Shown one piece after another: positions 17,150 to 25,992 of a stretch of 25,992 nucleotides of DNA. Source of the DNA: a virus (Duplodnaviria > Caudoviricetes); the IMG/VR virus record IMGVR_UViG_3300020074_000107, positions 1 through 25,992 of that record; one strand, 5' to 3'. The translations under genes and the position numbers were made by a program. The stretch's first letter is position 1. Each line of letters opens with the position of its first letter. The notes under the pieces were generated by a model. The model saw only the letters and a list, made by a program, of their open reading frames with translations. It made no database searches and had not been told where the DNA came from.

Positions 17150-20100
17150 ATGGCAAATATCAGAACTTTAAGTTCAAAGAACAACTCTTCTCAAGACACA
17201 CGATTATTTTTAAGTGTGGTTTCTGGGTCAGTCGTTAGCCTAGCACCTAGTCGAAGTCAATTATCTGATGGTACAATTAAATTTTCTCGCTTGAGCTTAA
17301 ATTCTCTTTCGAGATTTCCACGGGACAAATCAGAAAACTTCATAGATCAAGAAACCTTAATTGATTTTCAATTAGGCTTGATATACGGCGGCTATCAGTT
17401 ATCAAATAATTTTTCTAGCTACATTCCTTCGGCTGGAAAATCTGTTTGCGTTGCAGTTCAGATAGATGAATTCGATAGACTTCGTTTTTCATACGGAAAA
17501 GATGATACCTTAACGAATTGCAGAAACGCTGCAAAAAAAGTAGATGTTTCAAACAACATCGTAAATTATGATCCTGCTTTTTCTTTGGTTTGGGTGTGTG
17601 TTCTTTCTTCTTCTGATGGAGTGAATCTAGGAAATCTAACCGCTGATGACCTAATTGATTTACGCGTGTTCGCAAACTTAGCTGCACCGACCACAAAGAA
17701 CCTACAGAATAAACATATCTCGGGAACTATCGACCCTAGGCTCCTTTTATTCAAGGATGCAAATGCAACGCAAACTTTAGTCACGGTCTGTGGAAACTTG
17801 AAGTTTTCAAGAAATGAAAAAATTCTATTAAAAAGTAACGTGTCCGCTGGATTTTCAACCGTAGTAGAACAATCTTTGATAGACCTCTCTGGAGGCTCCT
17901 ACAGCGTCAGACCATTATCGGAATCTGCGACGGCTAAGGCTTTAACAAAAGCAGATGGATCTGACTGGGTTTTAAGTACGGATTATAATTATGGTGATAA
18001 TTTAAAAACCACCCCTATTTCAGGAAATAAATTATACGGATCTATTGATGGCATCACTCTGTATAACGATGCTGATGGAATCGATGGTGGTGTAGGTGGA
18101 CGCGAATTATCTGCGCTGAAAACTGATTTAAGATTTTTTGCTCGAAATTTATCGAGCTATTCATCCTACATTCCGTTGAATCGAGAAGTAGCTATCGATC
18201 CAGAAGCAGGAATCGTAAAATTTGGTTCCGATTGCTATTTTGGAGATGGCAGACACGGTAGCCTGACTCTGAGTACGGCTGGCTCATATTCACTGAATCA
18301 ATCGATTGGAGGGACAACTTATTGTCGCGCTCGAAAAGTAAACTCTCTTGTCAAAAAATCATCAAGAGTAATCAGTTACACAGGTACAGATCTTAACTTA
18401 CTTTCAGGTGATACTGTCATTATTTACACGGCACAAGTATCTGAGTCATCATCTAAAGTTGGAAATTATAGTGTACTAAAAGTTCAAAGCGCATCATCTA
18501 ATCAAATCACGGTTGATGAGAATATATCGCATAATCAATTAGGTGTAGCTTTCGAATTTGATGGTATTGTAGACAACGTATTTGTGATGACAGTACCTCA
18601 GTTTGATAACGTGACTATCGGTAATGGAGTCACGCTTACTTGCGACACTTTTTCATCCACAAACGGTTTTGGTATCGTAGCTTTTCTCGCTAAAGGCACT
18701 GTACAAACAACAGGGACTGGAAAAATATCCGCTGATGGAAAAGGTTATCTTGGGGCGACCGAACATGGAGGTGCAGGTCAAAGTTGGTTGATGACATCCT
18801 ACAACCAAATCCGCCAAACCGCGATCGATACAGGTGGTGCAGGTGGTCAGTTTGGTGTTGATGGGGTCAACGGAGAAGCGGGAACACAAACCATCTCAGG
18901 TAATTTTACCGCTATCGCAGGTTATGGTGGTGGTTCAGGGGGCACAGGTGGAGGTTCAGGTGGCGGCGGTGGTTATGCGAGCGTAGGTGGTATCGGTAAC
19001 ACAGGTGGTGTCGCCGGTGCAGGCGGCGGTGGTGGTGGAGCCACATCCATCGGCGTTTCTTTGCCTGTAGGAACATCTTCTGATGGTGGGATCGGGGACA
19101 GCGGTTCAGCGGGCATCTCGGGTGCTTCAGGGGGTCCCGGTGGATTCGGTCTTACTGGTGGTTACACTGCCAACGGAGGTCGTGGGGGTGGTTTAGCATC
19201 AAATCAATCCACTGGTGGTGCAGGTGGTGGTTCAGCCGGTTCAGTTGATGTTGTGACTCCTTTGTTTGGTGGTGGTGGTGGAGCCGCAGGGCGAGGTGGA
19301 AATGGTGGATCTGGTAAATTTGCAGGTGGAACATCAAGTAGTTCAGCCGGAGGATCGGGCGGGGGATCTGTAGCAGGATCCGGAACCACGGGAGTTTCAA
19401 CGGGTGGAAACGGGGGTGGGCTAGTCCTTATCATCGCTGACGAATTCAGCAATGTAACGATTTCAGCGAATGGTAGCTCAGGTTCCGCAGGAGTTAACGG
19501 TATCCAAGGTGGGTCTTCGAGTGCGGGATCTGTTTCAGGGTCTTCGAGTCCTTTAACAGGGCAAGGTCTTGGTGGACACGGTGCAGGTGGTTCATCCGGT
19601 GCCGGTGGAGGAGGTGGGGGTGGAGCCGGAGGCACCATCCTTTTATTCTCGCGTCTTTTGAGCGGTACTTTTTCTATTACGGCAACCGGTGGGATCGGTG
19701 GGGCGGGAGGTACCTCCGCATCTGGAGCTAACGCTTCATCAGGGGCACTGAACAGCTTCGCTTCCGCAGGTGGTGGTGGTCAAGGGGGAGCAGGGACAGC
19801 CTCATCATCTGGTGGTGCGGGTGCGAATGGCAGGGTTAGACTCAATTATTTTTATTACTCGGGGTTTTACCCTTCCGCTGGAGAAGGTGCATCCGCTTGG
19901 TCTGTTTCATCACCTGTGGGTTTTTTAGGAAAAATTTCTCGTGTAGATGAAAACAGATATATCAGAGGATCTTACAACTTTTATGATGACAATACTGACT
20001 TTGATACAAGGTCTGAAGTCTGCGAAGTAGAATCTTACACGAACGAGATTTTCGGTGCTACAGATGTTGCAGTTACAAACGTAACTTTGAAAAACCCTTT

Positions 20101-20530
20101 GAAACTATCTCATCGCTGCATAAACGGTGCAGCCGCTTATCGGAACAGACAATCTACTTCAACGGATGCCTTGCTCGAAAAATATAACAGTCGAATCATT
20201 TTCGATAGTGGGTTGCTAGGCGCAGGTGCGGGTGGAAGGATTACAGGTGTCAAGCACGGTGTGAATTTAAGCCTCAGTCAATTTACACCGATGGTTTTTG
20301 TGTATTTAAGTGATAACTTTTCTAGTTATGACAGATCAAATACCTTAGAAGTACACAGTGGATTTATTTCAAGTAACTTCGTAAACGACAACGAAGTAGT
20401 CGGTGTATTCTTGGAAATACAAGAAACCACTTTATCTATCACTACAGGTACAAGCGGTCTATATTACTTGGTGAACAGCAATAGCTACATTACTTCAGGA
20501 TTTATACGAATTCTGTTCGTTAGGAATTGA
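17150..20530 (+). CDS. Large tail fibre/adhesin-like protein with glycine-rich domain (paralogue 3)
   Basis: Same terminal domains as paralogues 1 and 2, with about 360 aa of GGxGG-rich sequence at ~18740-19830. ATG at 17150 (alternative TTG at 17141), RBS GAGAGG. Confidence 0.8.
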   Translation: MANIRTLSSKNNSSQDTRLFLSVVSGSVVSLAPSRSQLSDGTIKFSRLSLNSLSRFPRDKSENFIDQETLIDFQLGLIYGGYQLSNNFSSYIPSAGKSVCVAVQIDEFDRLRFSYGKDDTLTNCRNAAKKVDVSNNIVNYDPAFSLVWVCVLSSSDGVNLGNLTADDLIDLRVFANLAAPTTKNLQNKHISGTIDPRLLLFKDANATQTLVTVCGNLKFSRNEKILLKSNVSAGFSTVVEQSLIDLSGGSYSVRPLSESATAKALTKADGSDWVLSTDYNYGDNLKTTPISGNKLYGSIDGITLYNDADGIDGGVGGRELSALKTDLRFFARNLSSYSSYIPLNREVAIDPEAGIVKFGSDCYFGDGRHGSLTLSTAGSYSLNQSIGGTTYCRARKVNSLVKKSSRVISYTGTDLNLLSGDTVIIYTAQVSESSSKVGNYSVLKVQSASSNQITVDENISHNQLGVAFEFDGIVDNVFVMTVPQFDNVTIGNGVTLTCDTFSSTNGFGIVAFLAKGTVQTTGTGKISADGKGYLGATEHGGAGQSWLMTSYNQIRQTAIDTGGAGGQFGVDGVNGEAGTQTISGNFTAIAGYGGGSGGTGGGSGGGGGYASVGGIGNTGGVAGAGGGGGGATSIGVSLPVGTSSDGGIGDSGSAGISGASGGPGGFGLTGGYTANGGRGGGLASNQSTGGAGGGSAGSVDVVTPLFGGGGGAAGRGGNGGSGKFAGGTSSSSAGGSGGGSVAGSGTTGVSTGGNGGGLVLIIADEFSNVTISANGSSGSAGVNGIQGGSSSAGSVSGSSSPLTGQGLGGHGAGGSSGAGGGGGGGAGGTILLFSRLLSGTFSITATGGIGGAGGTSASGANASSGALNSFASAGGGGQGGAGTASSSGGAGANGRVRLNYFYYSGFYPSAGEGASAWSVSSPVGFLGKISRVDENRYIRGSYNFYDDNTDFDTRSEVCEVESYTNEIFGATDVAVTNVTLKNPLKLSHRCINGAAAYRNRQSTSTDALLEKYNSRIIFDSGLLGAGAGGRITGVKHGVNLSLSQFTPMVFVYLSDNFSSYDRSNTLEVHSGFISSNFVNDNEVVGVFLEIQETTLSITTGTSGLYYLVNSNSYITSGFIRILFVRN

Positions 20531-20531
20531 A

Positions 20532-20720
20532 ATGAATAAGAAAAGTGAATGGAAAAAAGAACAACCTAAGATTCTAACCCAATTCGAAGGTATCTTATTC
20601 CAAACAGCTTGGTTGATGGAACAAGAATTAAAAAAACAAGAAAAGAAACTAAAACAAGTTCAGTCTGTGCTTGAACAGAGTGCGAGGAACGAAGCGGAAT
20701 GGCGAGCTGGGAAGCAATAA
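20532..20720 (+). CDS. Small coiled-coil protein
   Basis: Fills the gap exactly in operon orientation. Heptad-like EQELKKQEKKLKQVQ. Confidence 0.65.
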   Translation: MNKKSEWKKEQPKILTQFEGILFQTAWLMEQELKKQEKKLKQVQSVLEQSARNEAEWRAGKQ

Positions 20721-23149
20721 CAGGTGGAGCCCTATGGGGCGATATATTTACACCGCTTGCTAATTTCAGCGACGGTTTAAATTCTATATTAAAACCAATT
20801 CAAACCATTCTTGGGATTTTGAGATCTATCCTCAAGATTATTCGAGTTTTCTTACTAGATGCTACATCCTTAGTGATGGCTTTGATAAAAACGCTCGTAA
20901 AACAAATCACTGATTTCATAAGAAACCTTGGGAATTCTGGGATATTTTTCCTTGCTATAACTTCAGATTGGACAGATGTACCTGCTTTCCTAAACGAATC
21001 TCGTGGAGGATTTGATGGGTTTGTTGAGAAAATTGTCAGTAGCCTTGATGATTCTCTCGATCCGTATCGACCCTTGTTTCCATCAACTCAAAAAGTCGGT
21101 GGTGTTGCTTTAGGTATAAGTACAGGCAATCTCATGAATGCTCTGAATTTTTTGAGTTTATTTTTTGCTACTTTTCAAAAAAGTTTCGACAGAATTTACC
21201 CCGCCCCGACGATCACAGGAGCCGCAGGTAATTCTGTAAATGTTATTCAATTCAACCGACCTTCAACACCATCTAGCTTTTTCACAGGAGTCACATTTAT
21301 CCTTGAAAGAGCAACCGAGCCTGGGGGTGTTGAAAAAGAGAAAACTGTACAACTTTCTAGCACCAACCCGACTAAAAATGTCACAGCAAAAGAAACAGAT
21401 AGAGACACTAGCACAGGTCAAGCCAAAACTACTTGGGTTGAAGTAGGTAGCGTTGAATACACTAATACAAACTCAAACGGTGGAGTACCCGCAGCGAATG
21501 TACTCCCTGAACAAATTATCTTTATCGATCAAAACAGTGAAGAAGGTAAAGCACCTCATTTAGTCGTTTTTGATCTTTCGAAACAAGCTGACAGCCAAGG
21601 TTTACTAGCTACAACTCAAGTTGGTGGAGTAACTTCCGTGACAACGGCGGGTACAAAAGCAGGACCTACGAGTTTTAGAATTTTCGAAACAAAGTTGGGG
21701 GGTCAACCTTTAACATTGCCGACCTTAGCGACAAAACAACAAATTACTGAAATTATCCCAGAATCGAATCAATCAGAATTCTTCAAAAGTAAATATTTAC
21801 CGCTCTCTACAGGTGAAACTGTATATTTAGATTTTCGAGTGAACGGTCTTCCGATTCCGCATGTTTCTAAAAAGAAAGATACAGACACACTTTATATCTC
21901 AAGCGCATCAGGGACATCAATCAATTTATCACAAGCTGTTCCTGTCGGAGCTAAAATCGAGTGCTACGCTTATGTATTGGCTTCATCAGGAGAAATTCTT
22001 CTTCAGAGAGAATTCAATGCAGGTCATTCATCTTTGTATACCGATGTTAAAAAATTCACCAAAGGTGGGTTAGAGAATGGTAAACCTTATTATTATCGCA
22101 TTCGTGTAAAAACCCTTATTCCAGATGAAAGCGTTGATGGGGCTGCATCAACATCGGGTGCTGTGTCAAATGAAATCCGTCTAGTTCCAAGACAGGCTTA
22201 CGCTCCGAACCCATCCCCTGCTTTTTGTTTGAGTAATAACGAAGGTCCTTTCATCATAAAAAGTGATAACAATATATTGAATTTTAAAGTCGGTAGTAAA
22301 TCTTATCAAGTTAGTTTGCCGCTTTCTAAGAAAAATGTTTTTGCTTCAAATTATGTTGATTTCAGTGACTCATTTGGTCTTTTAATCAGCCCTGAATTTA
22401 GCAACCAGACGAATCCTGAAGTGATGGACACTGCCCGTTTGATGTCAGATCGCGTTGAAAGACTTTTTTCTAATACCAATGGTCTGACTTTTTACTATGT
22501 AGATGGGGTAGGTAAAAGAAAACTCGTTAATCCAAGTCAATATATTCCTATCGATATCGATGAAGTTATTTCAGAAATTAACAACCAGATCAATGATCCC
22601 TCCGTGACCGTAAAAGCCTATAAAAATAGAGTTCTGATTCAAGATAATTCAAAATCAGACTCGGGTAGTTCAATAGAATTTTTATCGGATTGTGCTTCTT
22701 TGGGGTTCACTCAGGGTGTATGCATGAATGTCCAAAAGCCTACACCACCGAATTGGAATCGCTTGGCTTTAAAAGATTTTATTCCGCAAATTGGAGCGGC
22801 TGCTGATCTCATTGATTCTTTTGTATCTGGAATATTAAGTTCAGCCGAGTCACCGATAAAATCTTTAATTGATTTCATCGATTTGCTCGATGCAAAAATT
22901 AAATCAATTCAAGATTTCATCACAAGAATACAAAGCATTCTAGCTATCATTGCGAAATTGAGAATCCAATTACCGAATATCTATAAACTAGAAATACCTG
23001 TGTGTAATGGTACCAATGAAATGAGGGCGTACATAGAAAACGCGGTGAGACCTCTGTCGAGTGCAGAGGATTTCGCTATCGGGGTAGTTCTAATCGCAGG
23101 GGGGATAGGTGCTGAGGCGACCGTAAGCCTTTTGCATAGTTTACTATGA
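20699..23149 (+). CDS. Putative virion protein: amphipathic helical N- and C-terminal domains flanking FN3/Ig-like inserts
   Basis: RBS GAGGA. Long amphipathic helices at both ends and an FN3-like motif LENGKPYYYRIRV. Confidence 0.7.
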   Translation: MASWEAITGGALWGDIFTPLANFSDGLNSILKPIQTILGILRSILKIIRVFLLDATSLVMALIKTLVKQITDFIRNLGNSGIFFLAITSDWTDVPAFLNESRGGFDGFVEKIVSSLDDSLDPYRPLFPSTQKVGGVALGISTGNLMNALNFLSLFFATFQKSFDRIYPAPTITGAAGNSVNVIQFNRPSTPSSFFTGVTFILERATEPGGVEKEKTVQLSSTNPTKNVTAKETDRDTSTGQAKTTWVEVGSVEYTNTNSNGGVPAANVLPEQIIFIDQNSEEGKAPHLVVFDLSKQADSQGLLATTQVGGVTSVTTAGTKAGPTSFRIFETKLGGQPLTLPTLATKQQITEIIPESNQSEFFKSKYLPLSTGETVYLDFRVNGLPIPHVSKKKDTDTLYISSASGTSINLSQAVPVGAKIECYAYVLASSGEILLQREFNAGHSSLYTDVKKFTKGGLENGKPYYYRIRVKTLIPDESVDGAASTSGAVSNEIRLVPRQAYAPNPSPAFCLSNNEGPFIIKSDNNILNFKVGSKSYQVSLPLSKKNVFASNYVDFSDSFGLLISPEFSNQTNPEVMDTARLMSDRVERLFSNTNGLTFYYVDGVGKRKLVNPSQYIPIDIDEVISEINNQINDPSVTVKAYKNRVLIQDNSKSDSGSSIEFLSDCASLGFTQGVCMNVQKPTPPNWNRLALKDFIPQIGAAADLIDSFVSGILSSAESPIKSLIDFIDLLDAKIKSIQDFITRIQSILAIIAKLRIQLPNIYKLEIPVCNGTNEMRAYIENAVRPLSSAEDFAIGVVLIAGGIGAEATVSLLHSLL

Positions 23150-23598
23150 GTAGATTCAACTATCTTGGGCACCCTACCGTAGATGAAATCGATGACCTCA
23201 ATGGGTACCTTGATGTCAAATACGATTTAATTGAACAACAAAAAGAAGCTCTCCAACATGAGATCGATAACCTAAAAATCACTTTGAGTAAATATCTCGC
23301 TGCGGAATCAGTATTAGCGAAAGAAACTAGGAAAAAACCGAAGCATTATACTTTAACATCCTACACAAAAAACCCTATCCCTTCAGAGGACAGAACCTAT
23401 TTTGATGTTCATAGGTACGCATCCGTTGAAACAGGTGCTCTTGTGGATACTATCACAAGACCTTGGATTGATCACATCAAAAAAGATCAAGAAAACATCG
23501 ACTATAAAATCAGAAAAATAAAATACGTGATTGAACAAAAAAGCATACAGATTCAAGTGCTAGAACAACTCCAATCAGAGTTGAAGGATGTGGTTTGA
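23146..23598 (+). CDS. Coiled-coil hypothetical protein
   Basis: ATGA overlap and two heptad segments. Confidence 0.75.
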   Translation: MSRFNYLGHPTVDEIDDLNGYLDVKYDLIEQQKEALQHEIDNLKITLSKYLAAESVLAKETRKKPKHYTLTSYTKNPIPSEDRTYFDVHRYASVETGALVDTITRPWIDHIKKDQENIDYKIRKIKYVIEQKSIQIQVLEQLQSELKDVV

Positions 23599-24155
23599 TG
23601 CAAATGAATAGTTACCAAGAACAATTACTTTCGCAGGCTCAAAATCCAAAAAATTACCCAAACATCCCAACTTTGGCTTTTACAAATTTGGAGAGAGATA
23701 TCCAAAAAGTTTGGGACACAACCTACGGTGTTAGATTTATTTCTAACGGACAGCCTATACCATATAAGGGTTGGGAAACCGTTCCTGATGGCACCACTGT
23801 GCAACTTCTTGTCCTAGCCGTTCAAGGGAAACTGGTATCTAAAAACGGCGCACGCGTTAAAAATGAAGACCCCTTGGCTCGCAACGAGATCGTGATCCTG
23901 AATAAGTCTTGGTATCCTGATGAAACTACCAAAGGCTCTAGTTCCGGTTCGAATTCGGTTGAAATGGTTTTGAACACTACAAAAAACATCAACGTAAAAG
24001 TCACTATAGACTTGTCAACGGGTACGCGAGCACCTGGAATTTTTGTGGTCAAAGAAGATTTGGTTCAAGAAATAAGTGATATTTTCAACGGATTAAATTA
24101 CCCATATTTCAAAGACAAACCAATCTTAACATACACTTACAGGAAGAAACCATGA
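23598..24155 (+). CDS. Hypothetical protein in baseplate cluster
   Basis: TGATG coupling. 185-aa ORF in operon orientation. Confidence 0.7.
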   Translation: MQMNSYQEQLLSQAQNPKNYPNIPTLAFTNLERDIQKVWDTTYGVRFISNGQPIPYKGWETVPDGTTVQLLVLAVQGKLVSKNGARVKNEDPLARNEIVILNKSWYPDETTKGSSSGSNSVEMVLNTTKNINVKVTIDLSTGTRAPGIFVVKEDLVQEISDIFNGLNYPYFKDKPILTYTYRKKP

Positions 24156-24949
24156 GTACAGATGTTAAGGTCGAAACCATCTGTGATCATCGCATCGTGG
24201 AAGATATAGCTTTCCTGAATGATGATATGTTGACTATCAACGTCAGCAGAAGAATAGCTGTATCTAAAAGTTTGGTAATTAAAAGAAACGGTTTCGTGAT
24301 TTCACCTGATAGCAAAGACTTCGGTTATTACGTTGAAGATGTGCCCCTCATAGGACTCGGTGTAAATCGATTGTCCCAGACTTCGAAAAGGATAAGATTT
24401 AAGAAGCCTCTTAAATCAAAAGATGATTTTTTTGAATTGACCTACATCACTGCTCTTGGGGATTGCCCTAAATGTGATGGTAGCTCTCGTTACTTCGATT
24501 TTGCGGTAGACTCCCTCGGGCGACTCGTAATTCTAAAAGATAACGAGAAGCTCATGCAAGATATCTCAAAAGGGATTTTGACTGAAAAAGGGAGCAATCC
24601 TTACCACCCTTGGTATGGAACCGCTATCAGTGCTCTTGTAGGAGCAAAACTCACCGATTTTCAAAGATTGCAGTTAATTATATCTCAGGATGTTCAACAA
24701 TTTATAAGTAATACCAAAGACCTACAGAATCAACAGTCTGATGTACAAGACCTGTCTGATAAGGAAAGGGTGGAACAACTTATTTCAGTTCAAACATCTC
24801 GACCTGACCCAACGAATCCGACGCTCGTTACTATTTCGATAACTTACAGAAATAGAGCCGGAAACATTCGAGAGATACAAAAAACAGTGGATAAGAGCAC
24901 ATCGCAAATATTTGCAACTGCTCAAGATCAATTAAAAGGTTATAAATAA
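24152..24949 (+). CDS. Baseplate wedge protein, gp25/GpW-like, with N-terminal extension containing CxxC
   Basis: KL.QDI.K.ILTEKGSNPYHPWYGT.I..L.G motif of gp25-like proteins. Directly upstream of a baseplate-J-like gene. Confidence 0.8.
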   Translation: MSTDVKVETICDHRIVEDIAFLNDDMLTINVSRRIAVSKSLVIKRNGFVISPDSKDFGYYVEDVPLIGLGVNRLSQTSKRIRFKKPLKSKDDFFELTYITALGDCPKCDGSSRYFDFAVDSLGRLVILKDNEKLMQDISKGILTEKGSNPYHPWYGTAISALVGAKLTDFQRLQLIISQDVQQFISNTKDLQNQQSDVQDLSDKERVEQLISVQTSRPDPTNPTLVTISITYRNRAGNIREIQKTVDKSTSQIFATAQDQLKGYK

Positions 24950-25992
24950 TGACCGTACAAGCACCACAGATAACCTTCCCCACATCAGAACCCACGTTTA
25001 GTACGAACCTTTCGTACCTAACTCTCAGCGGTACATCTGATATCGGGGTGACATCGATTCTTATTAACGGAGTCACAGCAGGAACGACCTTCGATGTTAG
25101 TGGGAATTGGAGTTGGTCTGGTTCTTTAAGGGCTGGTGAGAATGCATTCGTTGTTCAAGCGATAAGAGACAGCGAATTTTCAACATCGGATTCTGTTTCT
25201 GTCATTTACGATGCAGGTTTAGATACTACCCAGTTGGTAGAATTACCTACTGGGGTGCGTCTGCGTCAAGGTCGAAACGTGTGCACTGTAGCCGTACCTC
25301 TACTCACAAACACGAGTTTTATTGGGTTCAATTTTTACGGGTCAGAATATCCTGGTGGGGGATCGACGGGTTACACACTACTCAACTCAGCACCACTCAG
25401 CAACGTCGTGTTTTTTGAAGATCAAAGAACAGTTTTAAGTAGAAGCGTGACAAAAGAAGGTACAAACGAAACGACAAAGGTGGTTGAAAAAGTTGAGCGA
25501 ATCAACTTCACTGAATTCGAGCATAATCGTTTGAATCAGCCTTTAGGTAACACACCTATCACTGAAAAAAACCATTACGTTGTCACCACTGTAATTTTCG
25601 ACCCTTTCAATAAAGTGCTGCTCGAATCTGGTTACAGCGAAGAACTTTCGGGTACCCCGATCGTTGTGGATACGCGATTAAAAGAAATCGATATTCGAAC
25701 AGAGCAAGATTTCCGTTTGTCTTTAATCGATCAAATGCTTCAGGCAAACCCAGATCTTGATCTTAAACCAGGGCAAGTTTTGCGAGATGTGGTCATCGAC
25801 CCTGCATCTAGTTTGTTTGCTCGAATGTTTACCATCCTAAGATTCATAAATACATCGCAGTCATTTCCTACACTACTTGCATTTGATGACGCTGATGGTG
25901 ATGAAGTCTCTGATCCAGTCTTAACAAGCACAGCAAAAAACGCGCTCCGACTTGCGCTCCTTGTACCAGAAGACAGTGCAGATTTAGTGCAG
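24949..25992 (+). CDS. Baseplate J-like wedge protein with N-terminal Ig/FN3-like domains (partial, runs off the window)
   Basis: Absent from the ORF track because there is no stop. TAATG coupling at 24947-24951 and 348 open codons (MTVQAPQITFP...). NPDLDLKPGQVLRDVVIDP resembles the start of the J/gp6-type domain. Confidence 0.8.
   Translation, partial: MTVQAPQITFPTSEPTFSTNLSYLTLSGTSDIGVTSILINGVTAGTTFDVSGNWSWSGSLRAGENAFVVQAIRDSEFSTSDSVSVIYDAGLDTTQLVELPTGVRLRQGRNVCTVAVPLLTNTSFIGFNFYGSEYPGGGSTGYTLLNSAPLSNVVFFEDQRTVLSRSVTKEGTNETTKVVEKVERINFTEFEHNRLNQPLGNTPITEKNHYVVTTVIFDPFNKVLLESGYSEELSGTPIVVDTRLKEIDIRTEQDFRLSLIDQMLQANPDLDLKPGQVLRDVVIDPASSLFARMFTILRFINTSQSFPTLLAFDDADGDEVSDPVLTSTAKNALRLALLVPEDSADLVQ

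Noticed and set aside
19152-19638. Pro-rich and His-rich minus-strand ORFs
   Set aside because: Antisense shadows of GGT/GGA glycine codons in the fibre gene.
440-25931. Other short ORFs nested in or antisense to long genes (e.g. 440-688, 3162-3551, 12624-12860, 24831-25076, 25740-25931)
   Set aside because: Fully overlapped by better-supported CDSs and lacking recognisable motifs.
1-25992. Stop-codon reassignment (TAG is rare as a stop)
   Set aside because: Long genes are intact under the standard code and coding density is already near complete. Reading through TAG at 2362 gives no convincing protein.
9658-25992. Bacterial eCIS/tailocin/T6SS locus rather than phage
   Set aside because: No recognisable tube, spike or AAA-ATPase genes and no host housekeeping genes. 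The flanks are phage-type small genes. It cannot be fully excluded without capsid or terminase genes.
1-25992. CRISPR array, tRNA/rRNA, IS element, integrase or reverse transcriptase
   Set aside because: None seen. Intergenic gaps are short and no ORF shows the relevant motifs.

Overview
This window looks like a segment of a large, contractile-tailed (myovirus/jumbo-like) phage genome in the standard genetic code, densely coded. It has four parts. (1) 1-2369 (+): small, Lys-rich, modular genes that share an N-terminal leader and K-x-A linkers, with several apparently truncated, duplicated or split modules. (2) 2437-3627 (+): a subtilisin-family (S8) protease with a signal peptide. (3) 7733->3854 (-): an operon with a DEDDh exonuclease and a two-domain glycosyltransferase. 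(4) 7790->end (+): a morphogenesis operon. It opens with a coiled-coil protein and an actin-fold ATPase resembling haloarchaeal volactin. These are followed by a tail-terminator-like protein, an FmdB zinc ribbon, a 916-aa tail sheath, a strong terminator, a neck-like protein, three paralogous fibre-like proteins (one with a glycine-rich adhesin insert), a helical/FN3 protein, a gp25-like wedge protein and a baseplate-J-like gene running off the window. The most interesting candidates are the actin + adaptor pair inside the tail operon and the leader-tagged, K-x-A-linked, shuffled module cassette. All family assignments come from motif recognition by eye and from memory; no searches were run.
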